A stretch of 64,000 nt of DNA. It comes from Octopus vulgaris. Lineage: Eukaryota. A model generated the notes under the pieces. The model ran no database searches, was not told the origin of the DNA, and worked only from the letters and a program-made list of their open reading frames with translations. Positions 53,738 to 64,000 of the stretch are shown here, in pieces (position 1 is the first letter of the stretch; every line of letters begins with the position of its first letter). Both the position numbers and the translations under genes were made by a program. The stretch lies in the NCBI GenBank assembly GCA_951406725.2, contig OX597817.1, forward strand, positions 25,048,001 to 25,112,000, written 5' to 3'.

Positions 53738-54285
53738 AAGGATATGGTGACTTGTACATCCTTAAAATTTATTTTATAGCTATATACAGCATATTATAAT
53801 AATATACATATGTTTCTGTTGCAGCAACTACTCACAGTTGCAAATGCAACCTTGTATTATTGTCAGGGCAGCTTCATGAGGGTTCCCTCATTTGCTCCAG
53901 CATGTCATCAGGTAGACTGCTTTGAGTGCACTGGTAGATCACGTTCAGGTTTTCATCTCTTTATATGCCTTTGTATAATTAGCACTCTCTTTACCCACTA
54001 GCTTACAGATTCAAGGCAACTCAAGTTATAGATACCAAAAACTATATAATGGTGGTAAAATAAAAATTTTTAAACTACAAAACAAATAGACCAAATTTCC
54101 TTAATGGAAAATCAAATGTACAAATATTGATCAAATCTAACATTCTGTCTTTTTATTCTGATGTAAATTTGTCTCCTTTTTTAACTCACGATAGAAGTAT
54201 TTATTATCTCTATTGTCTGTAAATGTTTTTATTCAAAAAAACCTATGGTCATCATTTTACCCCAGCAGGATAATGTCCTGGTGTA

Positions 54286-54688
54286 CTCTCTTTACTCTTT
54301 TACTCTTTTACTTGTTTCAGTCATTTGACTGAGGCCATGCTGGAGCACCGCCTTTAATCGAGCAACTCGACCCCGGGACTTATTCTTTTGTAAGCCCAGT
54401 ACTTATTCTATTGGTCTCTTTTGCTGAACCACTAAGTGACGGGGACATAAACACACCAGCATCAGTTGTCAAGCAATGCTAGGGGGACAAACAGAAACAC
54501 ACAGACATACACGCACACATATATACGACAGGCTTCTTTCAGTTTCCGTCTACCAAATCCACTCACAAGACTTTGGTCGGCCCGAGGCTATAGTAGAAGA
54601 CACTTGCCCAAGGTGCCACACAGTGGGACTGAACCTGGAACCATGTGGTGAGTAAACAAGCTACTTACCACACAGCCACTCCTGCACT
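54286..54688 (-). mobile_element. SINE family A, full length
   Basis: Matches family. Confidence 0.92.
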
Positions 54689-54974
54689 TATGTGTAATTT
54701 TTCTATCTATGTTTTAGCTCAGCACCATATCTAACTACCTGTCAGTCTATTTGTAAAGCTTAATTTAACGTATTCCGTTACCCCGAAATAGTCTCTCAAT
54801 AGTCATTATGATTGTTATGCCATGACACATGTATACAAGCATATGTTTGTTCACTGGATGTATACATAAAAATATTTATATCTAAATATACATACATTCA
54901 AATTGATACAGACATATATGGATATAAACATTTATGTGTGTGTGCGTGTGTGTATACATACATATAGATATATG

Positions 54975-55120
54975 TTTATTTTCTTGTGTTCCTTTCTGTT
55001 GAAGAGTGTAATAGGCTTGAAACATTAAAGACTTTCTCACTTTCCTGAGTGTAAAACTAATACACTTGTTTGTTGTTTATACACTAGTCTTCGTCTTTTG
55101 ATTTCTGTAAATTCCAACTA
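54975..55120 (+). mobile_element. PLE pLTR-like unit with degenerate hammerhead (54992-55030)
   Basis: CTTT-CTGTTGA-A-GAGT(gtaatag)GCTT-GAAA-CA-TT-AAAG. Confidence 0.6.
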
Positions 55121-55421
55121 GCTACAACCACACACACATACACACACACACGCACACACACACACACACACACCCGTGTCATCATTGCACACATACACAC
55201 ACACACACACGCAGACCTCCGCGCACGCACATATCCACACTTACACACACATTCCCCCTCCTACCATTCTGCTGTCTTTGACAATACTACTCTTCTGTCT
55301 TTGAAAACATCTTTCTTCACCCTTTTCCTTCTGGTCTTTCAAAATGTGACCTCGTGTGTACCGTTAACAATTTTTTTTTTTTTCCTCTGTCTTCCCTTCT
55401 CTGGATCTTTTCTTCTCCTAT

Positions 55422-55456
55422 GTTTCCGACGAAGAGCTCCGCTCGAAACGTTAAAC
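55422..55456 (+). ncRNA. Minimal hammerhead motif (U4C) in a pLTR-like unit at ~55385-55553
   Basis: GTTT-CCGACGA-A-GAGC(tcc)GCTC-GAAA-CG-TT-AAAC. Confidence 0.65.
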
Positions 55457-55679
55457 CCTCCTTCTTTCCTTCTTTCCTGAGCGTCCAATAATACTATATT
55501 TGTTCCACGTCTTCGCGTTGTTGTGTTTTTTGTGCTTTCTTGTTTTGTGCTTTATATATATATATATATATATATATTAATAGTAATAATATGACAACAA
55601 AAGAATGAATAAGACCCCGATATTATGTAAATAGAGGAATTTATCTGTAATATAATATGTGACAATTATTCAGTTGCTA

Positions 55680-55742
55680 TAATAAAACTCTGAGTTTCGG
55701 CTGTCGGAGTGAAAATCTGCTCTGGCATCTTGTCAGTTATTA
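55680..55742 (-). ncRNA. Hammerhead motif with long stem II (G8A) in a pLTR-like unit at ~55577-55880
   Basis: Minus strand TAATAA-CTGACAA-[31-nt imperfect hairpin]-GAAA-CTCAGAG-TT-TTATTA. Confidence 0.6.
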
Positions 55743-56166
55743 AGGCAAACAAAAATGCTATGCAAATGACCGTTAAACAAAGGGAAATTACTATGTAGAT
55801 GACCGTTATTAAGACAAACAAAAGAACTATTAGAATGACCATTAAATAAAGAGAAAAAACCCGAAGGGGGAAGTAAAATATGCTCATAGAATTTGCGTAT
55901 GTGTGCATGTACATACACATGCACACCCACGTACATCTGCATATATGCATATGCTCAACCACACACACACACTCCTATATGTGCATATATATCTGCAACC
56001 ATACACATTTACACATATACATATCCACTCACACGTACACATACCATATGCATACAGTTATATTCATATACATGTCTATATGTATACATACATACATACA
56101 CACACACTCTCTTTTCTATATATGTACTTCTACTTTTATCCTTCAAACCTACTTATGTACCTACAC

Positions 56167-56199
<33 letters not shown>

Positions 56200-56576
56200 C
56201 CAACTATTGGCAATTATTCCTGTTTTATATCATTAAGTTACATTAATGCTTTTACTCCCACACACTCCTTATAGTTTTATGAATGTTTATTTCATACTAA
56301 TGTGTATACATATGTAAACAGCAGTAATGACACCAAAAATATCATAACAGCAATTTCTCATAAATAATATATTACTATCATTTCACTATTATCAGCACTT
56401 TCAAATTATAATAACCATTACACAAAACAGATAAACAACAATATTAACTTGTTATTAAAAGTAATCACCTCATTTTAAGTTCAGTTTTGAGTAATCATGA
56501 TTACAGGATGTCACATATGACAATTTCACCTCTGTTATGGAAAGGAAAAACCTAAATCATGAATTGAGATGTAATA

Positions 56577-57052
56577 TCATCATCATCATTTAACGTCCGT
56601 TTTTCGTGCTAGCACGGGTTGGACGGTTTGACCGGGGTCTGGGAAGCCAGGAGGCTGCACCAGGCTCCAGTCTGATCTGGCAGTGTTTCTACAGCTGGAT
56701 GCCCTTTCTAATGCCAACCACTCCGTGAGTGTAGTGGGTGCTTTTTACGTGCCACCTGCACAGGTGCCAGAGGGGTTCTGGCATTGGCCACGATCGGTTG
56801 GTGCTTTTAACGTGCCACCAGCACAGAAGCCAGCCAAGGTGGCACTGGCATCGGCCATGTTCGGATGGTGCTTTTTCTGTGCCACCGGCACAGAAGCCAG
56901 TCGAGGCGGCGCTGGCATCGGCCACGTTCGGATGATGCTTTTTTATGTGCCACTGGCACAGAAGCCAGTCAAGGCGGTGCTGGCAACGGCCACATTCGGA
57001 TGGTGCTTTTTATGTGCCACCGGCACAGGTATCACAACTACTATTTCCATTG
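56577..57052 (-). mobile_element. RTE 3' tail with several ~65 bp internal tandem units
   Basis: Matches family. Confidence 0.88.
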
Positions 57053-57199
57053 ATAGATGTAATAGTGATAGATGTAATAGTGAAATAAAAATAAAATTAT
57101 TAAGGAGTAAGGAATAGGAACAAAAAAAGCCGACTTTAATTCTAATCGAAACGACTCTTCTAAGAATGAGAAAGATTACACTAAACCTAATAATAAATC

Positions 57200-57400
57200 G
57201 AATAAAGGTGGTATATTATGGTTTAATCCAATATTCAGATTATGTGTGGCATCCAAAATTGCTAGGGTATTTTTCTCTACATTGGATAGTTACTTTCCTA
57301 AATCTAGTAGATATTTTGGCATATGGTGAAATTGTCATATGCAACATCATATAACTTTGAATACCATATTCACAAGCTAAATAATAGAAACCTGAATAGG
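57200..57400 (+). pseudogene. Second decayed Penelope-like ORF fragment
   Basis: LWFNPIF...LDSYFPKS...VKLSYATSYNFEYHIHKLN resembles the PLE linker WFNPP...IDKHFPK...KxSYSCMxN. Confidence 0.55.
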
Positions 57401-57632
57401 GAAAGCTTAGATTAGGAAAATATGGTTCAAAATATGGACCTGGGAGTAAGGAATACGATAAAACTAGTGGGTGGAATAACAATGACTGGAAGATCTTGAT
57501 ATAATATCAACATTAGCACAGGTGGGGGATATAAAAGCGAAAATGGTATAAATACTAATGATAATAGCACCATAAATGACAAAATCGTGAATAGTAGAAA
57601 TAGAAATAATAAAAATAACTGTAACAAACACA

Positions 57633-58050
57633 TCATCATCATCATTGTTCGACCGTGGTTGAGACAATGGAATTTACCATGCTATGCCAGACTTCACGGT
57701 CCATCATGGCATTATGGAGGTCCTGTTGCTGGATGCCTGTATCCCTGGAGATTACATCAGGGTAGGAGAGTGTGCGCCCTCTGGTATTGCGAGTAGATGG
57801 CTTCCAGAGGAGAAGAGTAGAAATTACCTCTTTTTCAGCTCTACAACAATGTCCAGCAAACTGGACTCTCCTACCTTTCACAAGAGATGACACAGGTGGT
57901 AGTTTCCCATATATTTGCATTTTGGTTGGATGGCGCTTCCACGAGAGATTTTGAGCTCTCATAAGGAGGCGGGTGTAGGTTCCATCCAACTGCCTCTCAA
58001 GCTTCTTTGATAACGTCCAGGTTTCTGAGCCATATAGAAAAATTGGTCCG
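57633..58050 (-). mobile_element. 5'-truncated RTE-clade LINE with open reading frame and 15-bp TSD
   Basis: LYGSETWTL...RRVQFAGHC...MMDREVW; (TGA)n tail; TSD ACTGTAACAAACACA at 57618-57632 and 58051-58065. Confidence 0.92.
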
Positions 58051-58749
58051 ACTGTAACAAACACAGTAAGAAGAAAGATAGAGAAAAATACAATAAGAAG
58101 AAATCAGGTCAGCTGTAGTATGTAACTGTATTGAACAAAAGAGAAATGAAAAACAATCGATTAAGAATTTGAGATTAACAGCAATGTTTTCTATAAAATA
58201 CCTCTATTGTAATTTCTGGATGATCTCTGAGATTATGTAGAATGGATCATAGTTTATGAGATTCAGTTTCATTTTCAACTATTTACTGCTTACTGTGTAG
58301 ATAATTTTTTTGTTGATTCAAGGTTTATGAGTTATTCTTTAGTCACATGTTGGCTCTGATAAAGGAGACCTATGCTCAAAGGTGACCTTCTAATTTATTG
58401 AGACATCATGTATGTAATACCACTTTATCCATTGTAGCATTATCTATCAGCTCATTAAGATAGTTGAGTGGGATTAAATGTAAATTTGATTTCCTTTTCT
58501 ACCATGTCAAGTGTCAATATAGAAACTCCTTTGTTAGTTCACAGTTTATGTGTGAAAAGTGTAAATAGAGTCTTCACAATGTACATTTGTGTTTCTGATA
58601 ACAATAGCCAGTGCAGGACTTAGGTTTGTGTCAAACCATAGAGAATTACATTAGTTGTTTTCATCAACATTTGCTGCTCATAATATATGTCTAACTATAC
58701 ACATAGATTCTTACAGAGCTAGAAATGTACTAGGACTGCCACTGCTGCT

Positions 58750-59135
58750 TGTTTGTTTGTTTGTTTGTTAAGCAAAGCAGTCTTCTTCCAATTGTAGTGC
58801 GAGAAGTCCGAAACGTGGTCCTTTGCTATTCGTAAGACCCGCAGAAGAGAAAGCACGTCAACCCCCAACACTGAGAGCATCGATGGATGGATGAATGCGC
58901 ATCCAGCCTCAGCGGTTGTGTAGGAAGTCGGGGACAAGAAACAGGAAGAAAGAGTGAGAGAAAGTTGGAGCGAAAGAGTGCAACAGGGGTCGCCACCACC
59001 CCCTGCCAGAGCCTCGAGGAGCTTTAGGGGTTTATGCTCAATAAACACACACAACGCCCAGTCTGGGAATCGAAACCGCGATCCTGCGACCGCGAGTCCG
59101 CTGCGCTAACCACTGGGCCATTGCACCTCCACTTT
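58750..59135 (-). mobile_element. tRNA-derived SINE family C, full length
   Basis: Minus-strand head GTGGAGGTGCAATGGCCCAGTGG...GGTTTCGATTCC with A and B boxes; (AAAC)n tail; TSD CCACTGCTGCT at 58739-58749 and 59136-59146. Confidence 0.88.
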
Positions 59136-59439
59136 CCACTGCTGCTGCTCCACCTTCTGAACCCATCCTCCTCTGCTTTTTCCTCCTCTTCCACCTGCTA
59201 CTGCATTGCTAAACAGACTTTAGACATCAGGTAATCCCAATAAAATGACTAGCAAATAGTTTGACCAGATTGGGTTGACTGTCAAATGCTGTAGAAGATA
59301 AATGCTACATGATTGGGACAGATAGGGGTGGGCAGCCAGCAATGCTATTGCCACACATCACTTCACACCAGATATCTAAGTATGTTTAGTAATGTTTCAT
59401 TTGTGTGTATTGACAGGGTTTGTGTGTATGTATATATAT

Positions 59440-59580
59440 TATTTCTTTACTACCCACAAGGGGCTAAAGACAGAGGGGACAAACAAGGACAGACAAAGGG
59501 ATTAAGTCGATTACATCGACCCCAGTGCGTAACTGGTACTTAATTTATCGACCCCGAAAGGATGAAAGGCAAAGTCGACC
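59440..59580 (-). mobile_element. SINE family B 3' part
   Basis: Matches family. Confidence 0.85.
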
Positions 59581-59614
<34 letters not shown>

Positions 59615-59934
59615 AAGTATGTATGTATGTATGCATGCATGCATGCATGTATGTATGTATGTACGTATGTATGCATGTATGTATGTACATAGGTGTATGT
59701 GTGCTGACATATACATATGCTTTCCTGGTTTTATTCATTGGACTATAGCTGTACTTGGGTACACTTTGAAGGGTACACTTTGAATAAATCAGTACCAATA
59801 CTTATTTTTAAGTTTAGTACTTATTCTATTGGTTTCTGTTGTTGAACTGCCAAGTTATAGGGGCATAAACAGCAAATAGCAGTGGTTGGATGAACACAAA
59901 TATACTAACACATACATATGTACATATGTATATA

Positions 59935-59980
<46 letters not shown>

Positions 59981-59984
<4 letters not shown>

Positions 59985-60781
59985 GAAGCCAGTATGCTCC
60001 GATGGATGTGTAATGTCAGTGTGCATGCTCGACAGAGCGTTAGTTCCCTGAGAGAAATGTTGGACCTAAGGAGCATCAGTTGCGGTGTGCAAGAGAGACG
60101 ATTGCGCTGGTATGGTCATGTGGCAAGAATGGATGAAGATAGGTGTGTGAAAAAGTGCCAATCCCTAACAGTGGAGGGAACCTGTGGAAGAGGTAAACCC
60201 AGGAAAACTTGGGACGAGGTGGTGAAACACGACCTTCGAACTTTAGGTCTCACTGAGGAAATGACCAGCGACCGAGACCTTTGGAAATATGCTGTGCGTG
60301 AAAAGACCAGGCAGGACAAGTGAGTCCAGCCCACTTATGCATGCCTTTCCTCCCTTGGACACACAAAGACCTGTTGAGGCAAGCGAAGTCGATATCGAAC
60401 CTCATCCAACGACAGGCACCTATGCCTACCCCCCTTTGCTTGCGAAGACCTGTTGAGGCAAGTGAAATCGGAATCGAAATTGAACCAATCCTATGACTGG
60501 CACCCGGCAGATGCTAGAACCCCTAGACTGGAGATATGTAAAAAGCACTATCCGAATCGTGGCTGATGCCAGCCTCGCCTGGCACCAGTGCAGGTGGCAT
60601 GTAAAAAGCACCCACTACACACACGGAGTGGTTGGCATTAGGAAGGGCATCCAGCTGTAGAAACATTGCCAGATAAGACCGGAGCCTGGTGCAGCCTTCT
60701 GGCTTCCCAGATCCCCAGTCGAACCGTCCAACCCATGCTAGCATGGAGAACGGACGTTAAACGATGATGATGATGATGATG

Positions 60782-60783
<2 letters not shown>
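59981..60783 (+). mobile_element. RTE LINE 3' end (young) inserted in (TA)n
   Basis: Open frame NEASMLRWMC...RLRWYGHVARM...GRGKPRKTW...; 3' UTR; (GAT)n tail. Confidence 0.92.
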
Positions 60784-60858
<75 letters not shown>

Positions 60859-61225
60859 ATGAGCTTTCACACAGCTTCTATCTACTAAATTCATTCACAA
60901 AGCATTATTTAGCTTGAGCCAAAAGTAGAAGACATTTTTGCAAGGTACAGTGCAGTGAGATTGAACCCAAAATAACATGATTACAAAGTGAGCTTCTAAA
61001 CCATACAGTCTCCTGTGGTTGTATAAACTTGTATGTACTCTCAAGTTTATACTTTAAAATATTTACAGAGTTTTAAGCATTATCTTTATTAGACCATGTA
61101 CATATATGTGTGGCTATAAATGTTTGAAATGCTATGTATGCATATATTTATACATACATACACACAAACATATGTATCTGTGTTTTATATTCTTATGTAT
61201 GTGAGCATATATTTTGAAAAGCAGC

Positions 61226-61647
<422 letters not shown>

Positions 61648-62708
61648 CATACATGTATACACATATATGCATGCACAAACACTGAAGCACACACATGCAC
61701 AGATACAATGTCACAGCTATCTAAAAGAAAATATAAAAAAATCCATCGAATATAGTACTTGAGTAGAACATCTAGTTTGTAAATGAAGCCATAAAGATGT
61801 AATGTCCAAAGCGAAAGCCTTCCACAAGTTCTCAGTTAGATATCATATGTTGGTGTAGAACGTGAAACCTGTCAAAGAATGTATAGTATCCTTGATATTA
61901 CAGCAACTCTTTAAAAGAGCAAAGTTGGCTGAATATTTGAGTTAAGAGAAACTAATTCTAAAGAAATGTCACACATAGAATTACCCTTGTGCATTACAGG
62001 TGACAGAAAATCTGCTTATTTCATTTCAAAGGCAATACAATCCTCGGTTTATTACCAATATAAAGACCACTTTGTCTCTTCAAGGAACACATAAGTAGTT
62101 TGTGCCAAATGTATGGTAGATGGTGGTGGGTGTTTACTGTTAGGGAAATAAATGCAAAAAGTGAAGTAGTACTGCTTCAATTGATACTATTAGCCAGGTT
62201 GGCATGAGTAGTGATAATGTTAGAGTGTGGTTTAAGTACTTATTGTGATTTCTGTGTATGTACATGTCAGTTTGGAAAACTTAGGGGAATTATTGAGAAA
62301 TCATTCTATTGTCAGCTATGTATAATCAGTGCTTATTGTCTTGAGGAAATCATACCTAAAATACTAAGGACACAGAAAGAAGGAAGCAGAGATTAGCATG
62401 ACTGAATATCTTTTTACAGTTCCTTCCACATAACTCTTTTTATTTATCTAAATGTCGACAATATTTCCCAGCATACGGATTTATATTAATTAGATTTATA
62501 TTTAAATTCTGTCTGTGCCATGTCTAACTGTATTGTAGATTCAGGTATGGTTGTGTAGATTGCTTGTAATTGTTTTTAATTTTCGGTTCAACCCCCCTGC
62601 GTGGCAACTTGTACAAGTACCTTCTAATATATCTTCTGGACCAACTAATATCTTGTAAGGGAATTTGGTATATAGAAATTGAGAAAATTTGATATATAGA
62701 ATTTGAGA

Positions 62709-63130
62709 AGGCGGTGAGCTAGCAGAAACTTTAGCACACCAGGCAAAATGCTCAGCAATATTTCATCTGCTGTTATGTTCTGAGTTCAAATTCCACCGAG
62801 GTTGACTTTGTCTTTCATCGTTTCAAGGGTCGATAAATAAAGTACCATTTACGCACTGGGGTCGATGTAATCAATTTAATCCCTTTGTCTGTCCTTTTTT
62901 GTCCCCTCTATGTTTAGCCCCTTGTGGGCAATAAAGAAATAGGTATTTCGTCTACTGTTACGTTCTGAGTTCCAATCCTGCCAAGGTCAACTTTGCCTTT
63001 CATCTTTTTGGGGGTCGAAAAATTAAGTACTAGTTACGCACTGGGGTTGATGTAATCGACTTAATCCCTTTGCCTGTCCTTGTTTATCCCTTCTATGTTT
63101 AGCCCCTTCTGGGCAATAAAAAAAAAAGAA
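62709..63130 (+). mobile_element. Dimeric SINE family B inserted after an old family A copy (62545-62690)
   Basis: Body and tail repeated twice; AGAAWTTGAGAA-like direct repeat on the flanks. Confidence 0.85.
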
Positions 63131-63464
63131 ATTGAGAAAATACTACCATATATGTGTATGTGACTGTATGTGTGTGTTTGCATGAGTATCTTTGTGTTGT
63201 GTGTTTCTTTATATCAGTGATCATATAAAAGATGCAACACATAGGTCGTACTTCTTTTGGCTGTTCTCTCTTTTCAAAAGATTTATCCACATGCTTTGTA
63301 CTTTCAAGGATATGTGGTGTAAGAGATTTCTTCTTTCAAAATTAAATATATGTGAGTGAGAGGAATAACCTGATTGAACAAGAATGCCTCGACAATTTGT
63401 TTATCCAACCCATACTAGCATGGAAAATGGATGGAAAATGTATCAACAAATGTTGCATATGTGT

Positions 63465-63518
<54 letters not shown>

Positions 63519-64000
63519 CTGTGTGTGTAATAAAGAATCGAGATCCAAATGGTTGTGGTAAAAATAGTTGGTGAACCTTTGATGCAGACAAGGCTTATAT
63601 AGATAGCAGAAGTAGAGATGATAATCACTAAGTAAAGTTCATTAATCAATGTATCAAATATTTGGTCACATATTGAAGTAAGCCATAAATTCCAATAATA
63701 TGACTGCAGCTATATAAATCCAGTATGTAGCAACAATAGTTGCTTATTTTGTGATAATTAAGTCTGTGAATGAAATGAATAGAGTAGGTAGTTATTTACT
63801 AGAGGTGTTTCAAAAAGAGCATTGAATGCATATTACTTAACTTTAATGTGTTATTTATTCAGTGTTCAGTGTCTGTTATTCTTTCTCAAGTGTTTTCCAC
63901 TTGTCAATTCATTACAGTATCACATCTGATACAATAAAGTTTGCTGGAAGGGAGCATTTATTAGAGAGGAGTGCAGAAATGAATAAGAAAGAGCAAGGCT

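Noticed and set aside
56740-57030. Regularly spaced ~25-bp repeats resembling a CRISPR array
   Set aside because: The spacers are homologous to each other, the array is a minisatellite in an RTE 3' UTR, the context is eukaryotic and there are no cas genes.
59060-59132. tRNA-like sequence on the minus strand
   Set aside because: It is the head of a SINE with body, tail and TSD, and lacks a proper acceptor stem.
61800-62150. Possible decayed LINE RT on the minus strand
   Set aside because: Only one weak motif (AFALDI), too little to call.

Overview
AT-rich, repeat-saturated eukaryotic DNA with no supportable host protein-coding gene. The SINE families and (TA)n/(TATG)n/(GATA)n microsatellites resemble an octopus (coleoid cephalopod) genome; this is from recall and was not tested. 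Most ORF-track entries are microsatellite or SINE artefacts. Contents: two high-copy tRNA-derived SINE families plus rarer ones; RTE, R4/Dong, HERO and CR1-like LINE remnants; mariner, hAT, piggyBac and Helitron remnants; a 5'-truncated tRNA-Glu(TTC); a ~1.6 kb local duplication; and a 100-N gap. The main discovery is a set of short fold-back insertions (20704, 33200, 36569, 39969, 49455; three have 11-13 bp target-site duplications) and related pLTR-like units (45.7 kb, 55.0-55.9 kb). Together they carry about eight minimal type I hammerhead-ribozyme motifs: one fully canonical (40110-40156), a pair with a compensatory G3-C8 core swap (20777-20908), and U4C, A6U and long-stem-II variants. A fossil Penelope-like RT ORF (minus strand, ~5.15-7.95 kb, missed by the ORF track) shows that the element class known to mobilise such hammerhead repeats is present.
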